NCBI GenBank assembly: GCA_963790475.1
Contig: CAWBOS010000010.1
Coordinates: 1,696,001 to 1,760,000, forward strand
Length of the DNA stretch: 64,000 nt
From: an uncultured delta proteobacterium
GTDB lineage: Bacteria; Desulfobacterota; RBG-13-43-22
Direction: 5' to 3'
The notes under the pieces were generated by a model. The model searched no databases. It was not told the origin of the DNA and worked only from the letters and a program-made list of their open reading frames with translations. This document shows, piece after piece, positions 1 to 9,398 of this stretch. Position 1 is the stretch's first letter. The number at the start of each line of letters is the position of its first letter. A program made the translations under genes and the position numbers.

Positions 1-142
1 CAAGGGCCGGTTCGATATTGGCCCGCTTGACCGCTTCGTTAAGGACCAGACTCCCCAGTTGGTAAACCGGGATGTCCTTTAAAGCACCGCCGTAACTCCC
101 GATGGGGGTACGGACACAACTGAGAATGACTACGTTTTCCAT
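1..142 (-). CDS. Acetyl-CoA acetyltransferase (thiolase), N-terminus; runs off the window edge
   Basis: Manual translation [23 protein letters not shown]..., a typical thiolase N-terminus (RTPIG); GGGAG RBS upstream. Confidence 0.85.
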   Translation of the reverse strand, partial: MENVVILSCVRTPIGSYGGALKDIPVYQLGSLVLNEAVKRANIEPAL

Positions 143-262
143 AAATTTTTCTCCCTTTTTTGTAAGTAAATAAAATTTATCTCTTTTTGTGAGGTGGGCT
201 ACAATTCCAGATAATGGAAAGAAATATAGAATAAACCGAGAAGCAGGGTCAAGGAGAAAAAA

Positions 263-1720
263 TTACAAAGACGGACGGCGGAGGTGATGATCCGTGGTCT
301 GCTCAAAGGCGTAGGCAGTCTGGAGGACTTTTTCCTCCTCGAAATGGTTTCCCAGGATTTGCAGCCCGATAGGCAACCCTTGCGCACTAAAACCGCAGGG
401 CAACGATAGACCGGGGATACCGGCCAGATTGGCCGATATGGTGAAGATATCGGTCAAATACATCTGCAAAGGATCGGAGACCTTTTCTCCCAGGCGAAAG
501 GCCGGCGTAGGGGCCACCGGGGTGATGATCAGATCACAGGTCTCAAAGGCCTTCTGAAAATCCTGATGGATCAGAGTCCGCACCTGGGAGGCCTTTCGAT
601 AGTAGGCATCGTAATACCCGGCCGACAAGACATAGGTCCCCAGCATGATCCGGCGAATGACTTCCGGACCAAACCCTCGAGTGCGGGTCTTTTGATACAT
701 CTCCATCAGACTGCATTCATCGGGATCTCGAAATCCATATTTGACCCCGTCATACCGAGCCAGGTTGGAACTGGCCTCGGCCATGGCAATGATATAATAA
801 ACGGCAATGGCGTATTCCGTATGAGGCAGGGTAATTTCCCTGCAGACGGCCCCCAGATCGGTAAAAACGGTAATGGCCTTTCGTATCGCCTGCTCCACTT
901 CGGGGTCCATCCCGGTCACAAAGTATTCCTTGGGAATTCCCAGGGTCAATCCCTTTACACCCTTTCGCAAATTAGCGGTGTAATCCGGCACCTCCCGCGG
1001 GACCGAAGTGGAATCTCGGGGGTCATGACCGCAGATAACATTCATCACCAGGGCGCAATCAGAAACTTCTTTGGTCAGGGGTCCGATTTGGTCCAGGGAA
1101 GAGGCATAGGCGACCAATCCGAATCGGGATACCCGGCCGTAGGTGGGCTTCATGCCCACCACTCCGCAGTGGGAAGCCGGTTGACGGATAGACCCCCCGG
1201 TATCCGATCCTATGGCCGCCAGACATTCTCCGGCGGCCACGGCGGCGGCCGATCCCCCACTGGACCCCCCCGGGATGTAGTCCGGATTCCAGGGATTATG
1301 CGTATTTTTGAAGGCCGAATTTTCCGTCGAAGAACCCATGGCAAATTCGTCCATGTTGGTTTTGCCAAGGAGAACGATCCCCTCTTTTTGCAGTCGGCTC
1401 ATAACCGTGGCATCAAAAGGGGGAATATAATTTTCCAGGATCCGCGAGGCACAGGTGGTTTTCATTCCCCGGGTGGAAATCAAATCCTTAACCGCAATGG
1501 GAATGCCGGTCAAAGGGCCGATCCGTCCTCGGGAAATTTCTTCATCGGCCTGACCGGCCTGTTCCAGGGCCGATTCAGGGGTCAGCGTGATATAGGCCCC
1601 AACTTTAGGTTCCACCTGATCAATCCTGTCCAATACGGACCTGGTCAATTCCAAAGAACTGACCGTTCCGCTTTTTAATTTTTCGTGGGCCTCGCTAATG
1701 GTTAATTCATAGAGTTCCAT
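263..1720 (-). CDS. gatA: Asp-tRNA(Asn)/Glu-tRNA(Gln) amidotransferase subunit A
   Basis: Amidase signature [51 protein letters not shown]; follows gatC. Confidence 0.97.
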   Translation of the reverse strand: MELYELTISEAHEKLKSGTVSSLELTRSVLDRIDQVEPKVGAYITLTPESALEQAGQADEEISRGRIGPLTGIPIAVKDLISTRGMKTTCASRILENYIPPFDATVMSRLQKEGIVLLGKTNMDEFAMGSSTENSAFKNTHNPWNPDYIPGGSSGGSAAAVAAGECLAAIGSDTGGSIRQPASHCGVVGMKPTYGRVSRFGLVAYASSLDQIGPLTKEVSDCALVMNVICGHDPRDSTSVPREVPDYTANLRKGVKGLTLGIPKEYFVTGMDPEVEQAIRKAITVFTDLGAVCREITLPHTEYAIAVYYIIAMAEASSNLARYDGVKYGFRDPDECSLMEMYQKTRTRGFGPEVIRRIMLGTYVLSAGYYDAYYRKASQVRTLIHQDFQKAFETCDLIITPVAPTPAFRLGEKVSDPLQMYLTDIFTISANLAGIPGLSLPCGFSAQGLPIGLQILGNHFEEEKVLQTAYAFEQTTDHHLRRPSL

Positions 1721-1737
1721 GGGGCACCTTGATTTTT

Positions 1738-1828
1738 GTTACTCGTTACTCGTTACTGGTTGCTCGTTTCTTGTTGAAGTTAATTTTATTGCTTTTAACG
1801 AGTAACAAGTAACCAGCAACAAGCAACC
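1738..1828. repeat. Inverted pair of heptamer tandem-repeat tracts forming a long hairpin between gatC and gatA
   Basis: GTTACTC-GTTACTC-GTTACTG-GTTGCTC-GTTTCTT, then an AT-rich spacer, then AACGAGT-AACAAGT-AACCAGC-AACAAGC. Confidence 0.85.
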
Positions 1829-1833
1829 GGCAG

Positions 1834-2118
1834 TTAAATCACCTTGGGCACCACAAAGGCCGAGCCCCCCTGTTCCGGGGCCAGGGCCAGGACATCCTCG
1901 CGATCCAGGGATGGAAGAACCCGATCTTCCCGAAAGGCATTGGACAGATGCAGGGCGTGGGTCGTGGGTTCAATACCGGAGGTATCCAATTCTGACAATT
2001 TTTCCATATAACTCAGAATATTATTGAGTTGCTGAGTGACGGTGTCTATCTCTTCCGATCCCAACTGCAACCGGGCCAGAAAGGCGATATGCTCCACTTC
2101 CGGTTTGGAAAGTTTCAT
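1834..2118 (-). CDS. gatC: Amidotransferase subunit C
   Basis: 94 aa; EVEHIAFLARL...LSELDTSGIEPT...FREDR...FVVPKVI. Confidence 0.96.
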   Translation of the reverse strand: MKLSKPEVEHIAFLARLQLGSEEIDTVTQQLNNILSYMEKLSELDTSGIEPTTHALHLSNAFREDRVLPSLDREDVLALAPEQGGSAFVVPKVI

Positions 2119-2124
2119 TGGATA

Positions 2125-3159
2125 TCAAACCCTTTTCCAGAAATTTTTTTGAATGGACCAGACCTTTTCGATGATCGGCAAGTCCGGACGAGGGTCAGGA
2201 TGTTGTTCCTGGGAGGAAAGGATGGTTTCTCCCCGAAGCTCATTAAGGACTGCCTTGACCGAAAGGTTGAGACCTTCCAGATGATATCCTCCTTCCAAGG
2301 ATAATAACAACCGGCCTTGACAGACCTCCTTAGCCAATTCCATCAGGGTCTGGGTCATTCGGGCAAATCCTTTGGGAGTCACCAGCATTGCCCCCAAAGG
2401 GTCCTCATAATAGATGTCAAACCCGGCAGAGACCAGGATGAGATCGGGCTTGAATTGACGGCCTATGGGCTGGAGAATCCTTTCAAATATCTGGGCATAG
2501 TCTTCATCCTGATAACCGCTGGAAAGGGGGCAATTGACCGTATACCCGCAGGCCGGGTCTCCACCTACCTCACCCACAGCCCCCGTTCCGGGATAATAAG
2601 GGTACTGATGAGTGGAAAAATACAGAACCCGGTCGTTCGCCCAAAAAGAGTGCTGAGTCCCGTTGCCGTGATGGAGGTCCCAATCGACGATCAGGATCCT
2701 TCCCAGACCGCTATGCCTACGGGCATACTCGGCGGCCAGGGCCACATTATTGAACAGGCAAAACCCCATGGCCCGATAGGCTTCAGCGTGATGGCCCGGC
2801 GGCCGGATGAGGGCAAAGCCGTTATCGATCTTCCCGGCCAGCAAGGCATCTATCAATGCGAAAAGACCTCCGGCGGCCATCAGGGCCGCTTCATAGGATT
2901 TAGCGGAAGTCTGCGTATCCGGGTCCAAAGAGACAAAAGACTTTCCAGACGTGGAGGCTATCTTTTTAATATGTTCCGGAGTATGGATATAAGCCAGCTC
3001 CTCCGGGGTGGCCAAGCGGGGCTGGATAGATTTCAACCGGCCGGAAAAGCAGTCTTCCAGCATCTGATAAAGAACTTCCAACCGTTGGGGGCTTTCCACG
3101 TGGGGAACCCCCCGAATATGTTCCAGATAGATGGGGTCTTTTACAATGCCGGTTTTCAC
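2125..3159 (-). CDS. Histone deacetylase-family (Zn-dependent) deacylase/amidohydrolase
   Basis: RPPGHHA, GFCLFNN, DWDLHHGNGTQ, SAGFD and LEGGY motifs. Confidence 0.93.
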   Translation of the reverse strand: MKTGIVKDPIYLEHIRGVPHVESPQRLEVLYQMLEDCFSGRLKSIQPRLATPEELAYIHTPEHIKKIASTSGKSFVSLDPDTQTSAKSYEAALMAAGGLFALIDALLAGKIDNGFALIRPPGHHAEAYRAMGFCLFNNVALAAEYARRHSGLGRILIVDWDLHHGNGTQHSFWANDRVLYFSTHQYPYYPGTGAVGEVGGDPACGYTVNCPLSSGYQDEDYAQIFERILQPIGRQFKPDLILVSAGFDIYYEDPLGAMLVTPKGFARMTQTLMELAKEVCQGRLLLSLEGGYHLEGLNLSVKAVLNELRGETILSSQEQHPDPRPDLPIIEKVWSIQKNFWKRV

Positions 3160-3360
3160 TGGTTACACCCTCCAATAAATTGGGAGTAAGTTAACAACAG
3201 GTCATGGAAGATGTCAAGAATGAAATCAAAGATCGGGTCTGGCCTTCTCTCGGGACGAATTGGTCAGTAATTTGGGCAAGAGGTCGGAATTTAAATTAAA
3301 TTCCGGCACAAGGCCAAATAAGTTTACCCCATTTTAATCATTTTTCAGGCAACTTCGAGA

Positions 3361-4710
3361 TCAAATCCTCCAGGGTAAATAGGCCTTCATAGTTTGACTG
3401 ACCTGTCGAAGCCAGGTTTGGGAGTAGATATAATTAACCATCATCCCGCATGATTCCATCACCCCACGGGGGAAATGATTGGCAGCAAAGTTTATGTTTT
3501 TCAGACCTACGGTTGCTCCATTGCCTAAGTGAAAATTGGCCACGGCATTGAGGGGCTTCCCTTGCCGATCTTTTTCCTGAGATATGTAAAAATAAACCAA
3601 ATCTGTCAAAGGTTTCTTTAATATTCTGAGGTATTCCGGATCTTCAATCCATCGCGGGTCGGAAAGAATTTCTAAAAGTACGGCACCGAGATCGGTGGCC
3701 TTTTTACCCGATTTTATATGATGGATTTCAAAGAGGGATTGTCGGATTTTTTCTGAAAATAATTCCAGTAAACGATCCCTGTTTATTTGGAAGGAATCAT
3801 ATTCTCCTTTGAGGAGCGGTTTGAAATATCGCTCCCAGAACCCCGGGATTGGGCTTAGGGTGGCAAAGGTTTTTATGCCAGGATAATTTTTTTCTAAGAT
3901 TTCGACGACCTGAAATATTAGGACCTTGCCCAAACCCAATCCGGACAAACCGTTTTGGGTATTGTTGATAGAGTAGAATATTGACGTGTCAGGGGATTTT
4001 TTATTATTAAAATGGTTTTCTTGTTTTTCGATGATCTCGTGGATAGAAGTAGCCATACCTCGGGTTAGGGCCGCTTCGATGAAAGTAATGGGTTCATCGG
4101 GCATGAGACGGTGATAAAGGGCAAAGCATCGGCGGTCCCCCCCAAGACGGGATCCCATCTCTTCCAGGTTGGCCATGGGATGGACCAGATCGTGTTCTTT
4201 AAGATATCTAATCTGGCGGTACGGAGAATCCAGAGTGATTTCGTTGAGAAAAAGGAATCCACCCTGGAACCAGAGATCAAAAAGCTGGGCAATATCCAGA
4301 TCCAACGGCTCCAGGTTTACCGGGTATTGACGTTGAGCGGCGATCACATCTGCCCTCAGATCCAGGAGAAATTTCAATCCGCCGGAAATGTTCAAAAAAT
4401 TTCTAAAGATCCGAATTATAGGGGATTCGATTTTCCGGCGGAGGTCGCTTAGGCCTCTAAGCCATTGAATAGAGTCTTTCCCTTCGCCGGTCAACACCAG
4501 GCGTAATTCTTTTTCAATTTCTTTCATGCTGATTTCAAATTTACGAATAACCGCCTCAAAAAACCAAGGTCGGTCTTCCAAAGGAATTGCTTTGTATTGG
4601 TCCTGGAATCTAATGATTGGTTCCGGCGTGGCTTCTTTTTGGGCCTGAATGGATTTTAACAGATCCAGGAGATCGTTGATTCTTTTTCCAGAACCTTTAC
4701 TCAGTTCCAT
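3361..4710 (-). CDS. Malonyl-CoA decarboxylase family protein
   Basis: DRRCFA, FYSINNTQNGLSG, TLSPIPGF (Ser) and VANFHLGNGA (His) motifs. Confidence 0.9.
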   Translation of the reverse strand: MELSKGSGKRINDLLDLLKSIQAQKEATPEPIIRFQDQYKAIPLEDRPWFFEAVIRKFEISMKEIEKELRLVLTGEGKDSIQWLRGLSDLRRKIESPIIRIFRNFLNISGGLKFLLDLRADVIAAQRQYPVNLEPLDLDIAQLFDLWFQGGFLFLNEITLDSPYRQIRYLKEHDLVHPMANLEEMGSRLGGDRRCFALYHRLMPDEPITFIEAALTRGMATSIHEIIEKQENHFNNKKSPDTSIFYSINNTQNGLSGLGLGKVLIFQVVEILEKNYPGIKTFATLSPIPGFWERYFKPLLKGEYDSFQINRDRLLELFSEKIRQSLFEIHHIKSGKKATDLGAVLLEILSDPRWIEDPEYLRILKKPLTDLVYFYISQEKDRQGKPLNAVANFHLGNGATVGLKNINFAANHFPRGVMESCGMMVNYIYSQTWLRQVSQTMKAYLPWRI

Positions 4711-5163
4711 TTCCCGATTCCCTCATTTTTCTTTAAAGGATTTTATTTTGAAAAAATCGTTGTTAAGAAGGGATACCCTTTTGGTGACCATATTTATCGA
4801 TCTCGGTTATCTATTATCTATCTCGGATCGGCCAGATCTGAATTAGTTCTGATATTATGCTTTTTGACTTAGTTGTTGAAAAAAAAGTATAAGACAAGAA
4901 GAAGATTGTATCAAGAAGAAAATGGGATGAACGGCGTTGAGACCTGGGGGTTTCGGGGGAAAATGGGAAAGAATTGACTGACCTCTGGCTTGGGACTTCA
5001 GCTACTAATGTTAACCAGCGGTATGCGCTTCCCTGATAGATTACCAGTTGAATATATATTCCGCCCTGAAGTCTCTCGACGGCTCCATTAAAACCTTTCC
5101 TCGACTCCGATGCCTGGCTATCCTTCGTCAACTTTCTTGTTAAATCCGGAGATGCTTCGGGTA

Positions 5164-5532
5164 TTAATGGTTGGTTTTATCTGAAAAGGCCTTCAGCCTG
5201 TTGCGAAAAAAGACCTCGGCCTCCATCGTTACACCAGCGGAAAATCGGATTAGATAAGGTTTACCTGAAAAAGAAGACTTGGAGGCGCAAAGCCGGATGA
5301 AATCTTCGGCTGTTTTTACCCGATCACCGGCCATTTTGAGTTTGAAACGCAGATGATCCGCAGCCCTCTTGGCGTCATAGGCTTTTCCATTCCTGATGAA
5401 CTCCGCCCCATTCAAGGTTTCAATGGATGAAATCAGGTATTGTATTTTATTCGCTTCATGGGATTCCTGGGCAAAGGTATCGCCAATCATCAAGACTAAT
5501 AATATCAATAACCCTATCCGGATTTTTTTCAT
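5164..5532 (-). CDS. Secreted DUF5329/YfeK-like protein
   Basis: Signal peptide MKKIRIGLLILLV; FIRNG...AADHLRFK...TAEDFI..CASKSS.SGKPY. Confidence 0.75.
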   Translation of the reverse strand: MKKIRIGLLILLVLMIGDTFAQESHEANKIQYLISSIETLNGAEFIRNGKAYDAKRAADHLRFKLKMAGDRVKTAEDFIRLCASKSSFSGKPYLIRFSAGVTMEAEVFFRNRLKAFSDKTNH

Positions 5533-5539
5533 TTTGTTT

Positions 5540-6721
5540 TCATCGTCCGGCAACTGAAGCGATATGGATATTCGGCCTTCCGAATTCGGCAACAGTCGGG
5601 CTTAAATCCAGGGCTCGCCCCGGCGTCGTTGGCGCAATAAAGGAGTCGGGCTTCAAATCCCATTCTTTCAAAACTGAGGCCAGTCCATTCACGGCATCAT
5701 CAAAACCATCCCACCCAAGCTGAAAGACCTGAAAATGGGCCGCAATACTGAAATGGGCATTCAGATCCATATGGGCCTGAACGGCCTCAGAAGGTCCCAT
5801 GTGGAGGATGGAAAATTGCGGAGGAGATTGGTCTTTCGATTTCTGCGTTCGGAAAGGTGAAATAGGAAGGAGTGCCGCCCGGATCGGAGAAAAACGCCGG
5901 GCAATTTCGCGGAAATGGGGACCGTATCCGGTGTCCCCGGCATAATAAACGTTTCCTGAGGGGCCGGAGATGACAAAACCTCCCCAGAGAGTTTTATTAC
6001 GGTCCCAGGGGGTACGCGCCGAAAAGTGCTGGGCCGGTACCAGGGTTATTTTCACTCGGGGAGACAAAGAAATGGATCGCCACCAGTCGATTTCGTCCAC
6101 CTGGGGAATCCCCGATTCCCGGACGAGATCGAGGTCTCCGAGAGGCACAACGGCGTGAGGCGTGCCTTTCCCGGCCAGGCGTTTGAGCGTGGGCAAATCA
6201 AGATGATCGTAATGATTATGGGAAATCAGGACGACATCAATGGCAGGCAGGTCTTCGAATCGTATGCCGGGCTGCTTATGTCGTTTGGGTCCCGCCCAGG
6301 ATACCGGACTGCAGCGTTTGGACCAGATGGGATCGGTCAGGATATTAAAGGAATCCATTTGAATCAGGAAAGTGGAATGCCCGATCGGCGTGATCCGGAG
6401 TGTTCCCGTGGGTACACGAGCCACTGGGGGCGGCCCGGGAGTAAAATCCTTGATTTCCGGCCATTCGGGCCGATCGTTGTTGAATACCCACCTCCAAAGA
6501 TACCAAAAACTGCTTCGGTTTGGAGGATTATTCGGAGATGAGGGCGAGGATTGCGAAAGCCCGGGATTGAAGAATACAGTACCGTTGAAATGATCCGAGA
6601 CTTGTTGAGGTTTTCCAAGGGAAGGGCTTAGCTCCGGCCCGCGAGCGGTGAACGGCAAAAAAAACATTACCGCTAAACAAAAAACAAAAACTCCGATTGT
6701 TAGCCTTTTATTGCCGCCCAT
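5540..6721 (-). CDS. MBL-fold metallo-hydrolase (NAPE-PLD/RomA-like), membrane-anchored
   Basis: GHSTFL, LTDPIWS, SHNHYDHLD, PAQHFS, YAGDTGY; N-terminal TM segment. Confidence 0.9.
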   Translation of the reverse strand: MGGNKRLTIGVFVFCLAVMFFLPFTARGPELSPSLGKPQQVSDHFNGTVFFNPGLSQSSPSSPNNPPNRSSFWYLWRWVFNNDRPEWPEIKDFTPGPPPVARVPTGTLRITPIGHSTFLIQMDSFNILTDPIWSKRCSPVSWAGPKRHKQPGIRFEDLPAIDVVLISHNHYDHLDLPTLKRLAGKGTPHAVVPLGDLDLVRESGIPQVDEIDWWRSISLSPRVKITLVPAQHFSARTPWDRNKTLWGGFVISGPSGNVYYAGDTGYGPHFREIARRFSPIRAALLPISPFRTQKSKDQSPPQFSILHMGPSEAVQAHMDLNAHFSIAAHFQVFQLGWDGFDDAVNGLASVLKEWDLKPDSFIAPTTPGRALDLSPTVAEFGRPNIHIASVAGR

Positions 6722-6821
6722 ATTATTTCCTTTGTTTTCTCCTTGACTCGCTTTGGTTCATTTTATAGTCTTTTTCACCAAAAGCCAATTTTTATTGAAC
6801 AAGCCTGGAAGTCTGAAGGGA

Positions 6822-6898
6822 AAATTTCCCCTCCCCCCCCTTTGTTAAAGAGGTGTTTCAAGCTTCCCCCTTTGGAAAAGGGGGATCGAGGGGGATTT
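6822..6898. repeat. Palindromic intergenic repeat (CCCCCTTT..AAAGGGGG type)
   Basis: Inner hairpin TTCCCCCTTTGGAAAAGGGGGA nested inside AAATTTCCCCTC...GAGGGGGATTT. Confidence 0.6.
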
Positions 6899-6934
6899 AA
6901 AATCTTTTTTAGTCTTAAAGGAGAGAAAATAAAC

Positions 6935-8650
6935 GTGAAGACCTATCCCGAATACAGCACCAATTACCCCCTGCTCCTGACAACTTTTATGAAAAGGCCG
7001 GTCAACCTTTATCCGGACAGAATAGGGGTGGTCTACCGAAGCCCGAAGACCGGCCGCTATTTCCGCTTCACCTGGCGCGAGTGGTACCAACGCACCTGCC
7101 GGCTGGCTAATGCCCTGCAATCGCTGGGGGTCAATCCCGGGAAAGCGAGGGAACCGGGTGACCGGGTGGCGACCATGGCCCTCAATCATCATGCCCATCT
7201 GGAACTCTATTACGCCGTTTCCTGTTCAGGTGCGGTTCTGCACCCCATCAATATCAGACTTTCTCTGGATCACATCGTCCATACCATCATTCATGGAGAA
7301 GATAAAATTTTGTTTTTCGATGATGAATTTCTGCCCATGGTAGAAACCATCTATGATCGGATTAAAGACACCGTTAAAACCTTGGTCTATATTTCCGAAA
7401 AGCCGGGGAAACCGGAAACAAAACTAAAGAATCTCCTCATTTATGAAGAACTGCTCGAGAAGCAGTCGCCGGAATTCGAATGGCCCTACCTTCATGAAGA
7501 TACCTATGCCACCCTGTGTTACACTACCGGCACCACAGGAATGCCCAAAGGGGTCATGTTCACCCATAGGACCCTTTATCTTATCAACATTCACAAAATG
7601 GCCAGGGATTTTCTAAATAACGACCCTGCCCTGGTCTATTCGGGTGAAAAGGAAGTAGTCCTGTTGAATACACCCTTGTATCATATTCACGGTTGGGGAT
7701 ACCCCTACCAGTTTCTCTTCTCGGCCAACAAACTGGTCTTCCCCGGAAAATTTACTGCTGAGGGGTTTTGCGAAATAGTCCAGACCGAGAAGGTGACCAT
7801 GTCCAATCTGGTGCCCACCAGTCTGGCCATGCTGATTGAGTATGAAGATTTGAAGAAATATGATTTGAGCAGCCTGAAGAATATCCAGGTGGGAGGTGCA
7901 GCCTTGCCCCTGGGTCTCAAAGCCAAGGCCGAGGAGTTGATCCCCGGATTTGTGGCCACCTCCGCCTACGGCATGACCGAAACCGCCCCCTCGGTTGTGG
8001 CTACCTTTATCAAGCAGGAGATGATAGACAAATCCAAAGAGGAACTGGATGCGATCCGGGTTAAAACAGGCCTTCCTCTGCCAGGGTTGGAGGTCGAGGT
8101 GGTGGATGATCAAGACCGGCCGGTGCCCCGTGATGATTCCACTATCGGCCAGATCATTATCCGGGGGCCTTGGGTCATGGAGCAGTATTACAAAGATCCG
8201 GAAAACACGGCCAAGGTCTGGCCCGACGGTTGGTTTCATACCGGCGATGTGGCCAGGGTCGATTCAAAGGGTTACCTGACCATCGCCGACCGGGTGTCTG
8301 ATATGATTCGCAGCGGGGCCGAGATGGTACCCACCGTACTGCTGGAAAACGTGGCCGCTTCCGCCGACTTCATCCTTGAAGCGACTTTTGTCGGCGTCCC
8401 GGATGCCAAGTGGGGCCAAAGACCCATGGCTATCGTAACCCTGGTCTCGGGTGTGAATAAAACCGAGGAAGACGTCCTTCAATATCTGAGAACGGAAGGA
8501 GTGGAAAAAGGAAAGATCGCCAAATGGATGCTTCCGGATTATATTCTCATCACTAACGATATACCCAAGACCAGTGTCGGGAAATTTAACAAACTCTTCA
8601 TCAAAGAGAATATGGCGACCTTTCTGTCCGGAGCAAAAAAAATGGTTTAG
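6935..8650 (+). CDS. Long/medium-chain fatty acid-CoA ligase (ANL superfamily)
   Basis: YTTGTTGMPKG, AYGMTET, GWFHTGD; GTG start after AAGGAG RBS. Confidence 0.92.
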   Translation: MKTYPEYSTNYPLLLTTFMKRPVNLYPDRIGVVYRSPKTGRYFRFTWREWYQRTCRLANALQSLGVNPGKAREPGDRVATMALNHHAHLELYYAVSCSGAVLHPINIRLSLDHIVHTIIHGEDKILFFDDEFLPMVETIYDRIKDTVKTLVYISEKPGKPETKLKNLLIYEELLEKQSPEFEWPYLHEDTYATLCYTTGTTGMPKGVMFTHRTLYLINIHKMARDFLNNDPALVYSGEKEVVLLNTPLYHIHGWGYPYQFLFSANKLVFPGKFTAEGFCEIVQTEKVTMSNLVPTSLAMLIEYEDLKKYDLSSLKNIQVGGAALPLGLKAKAEELIPGFVATSAYGMTETAPSVVATFIKQEMIDKSKEELDAIRVKTGLPLPGLEVEVVDDQDRPVPRDDSTIGQIIIRGPWVMEQYYKDPENTAKVWPDGWFHTGDVARVDSKGYLTIADRVSDMIRSGAEMVPTVLLENVAASADFILEATFVGVPDAKWGQRPMAIVTLVSGVNKTEEDVLQYLRTEGVEKGKIAKWMLPDYILITNDIPKTSVGKFNKLFIKENMATFLSGAKKMV

Positions 8651-8659
8651 AGGGCACAA

Positions 8660-8897
8660 ATTTTTCCTCTCGCCCGTTCCCTCCGGTCTCTTAAGCCCGC
8701 CGAGTTCTCAGAGAGGGACTTCCTTTTTCAGGTAAATCGTTGAGTGGGCCGATTTACCTGGCCCCGCTACCCTACGAGGCTATGTTTGCCGACAGGCGAT
8801 AGCTGGTTATTGATTGCCGGCCCGTTGCCGGCGCAACGGCGGGACAATCAATAAATTAGGTCATCCCTGCGACTCTGAGAGCTCTCTGAGAGAAAAG
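8660..8897. repeat. Multi-hairpin intergenic element between convergent genes (probable bidirectional terminator/repeat)
   Basis: Stems CAGGTAAATCG/CGATTTACCTG, TTATTGATTG..CCGTTGC/GCAACGG..CAATCAATAA and outer TCTCAGAGAG/CTCTCTGAGA. Confidence 0.6.
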
Positions 8898-8964
8898 ACT
8901 TTGTCCGGTTTTTGTCTGTGTGCGTCTGTGGCAAAAAGGTTTTTGATAAACAGCTAAAGTGTTA

Positions 8965-9369
8965 TTATTTTTTTACCTCCCATAACACATTAACAATGAC
9001 CCATCGGCCGTCAAATTTTGCCAGATGCATATAATCAATCCAGCCAGCCGCCTCCAATTTCACGCTGGCCATACCGCCATAGATATCCAAAACCGTCACT
9101 TCTTTCATTCGTTTCTCCGGAGGCGTTGCCTGGCCTTGACCCGAGCGCCAGCGTTCTGCCAGCCTGGCGGCGCTCATATTTTCCAGGGTGTCCTGGCCGG
9201 AGTCCGGATGGGTGCGGACGATTCGCTTGGCCAGATCAGGGTGCAGGCTTTTTATCCCTCTCTCCGGATCTCCCTGGTACCAGGCTTCAATATAATTCAT
9301 TACCGTTTGTTTGATGGCCTCTACGTCTGCAATGGAAGTTTCTTTATCAGGTTCTGTTCGGATCGTCAT
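8965..9369 (-). CDS. NTF2-like / putative lumazine-binding family protein
   Basis: NYIEAWYQGD...LHPDLAKR...ASVKL...IDYMHLAK.DGRWVIVNVLW. Confidence 0.8.
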   Translation of the reverse strand: MTIRTEPDKETSIADVEAIKQTVMNYIEAWYQGDPERGIKSLHPDLAKRIVRTHPDSGQDTLENMSAARLAERWRSGQGQATPPEKRMKEVTVLDIYGGMASVKLEAAGWIDYMHLAKFDGRWVIVNVLWEVKK

Positions 9370-9398
9370 CGCCTATCCCCCCATAGAAAATTGATTTT

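Noticed and set aside
566-1678. Long antisense ORFs (566-1678, 2317-3189, 25755-26657 and many within the RND genes)
   Set aside because: Shadows of well-supported genes on the opposite strand, with no recognisable motifs
263-2118. Absence of gatB next to gatCA
   Set aside because: Split gatCA/gatB arrangements are common; not informative within one window
5085-5135. RNase P RNA (GAGGAAAG) or glmS ribozyme (GTTGACGA) on the minus strand
   Set aside because: Only short words match; the other conserved elements and the expected length or context are missing
8690-8900. Glycine riboswitch (CTCTCAG/GAGAG words)
   Set aside because: It lies between convergent 3' ends and lacks the CCGAAG core
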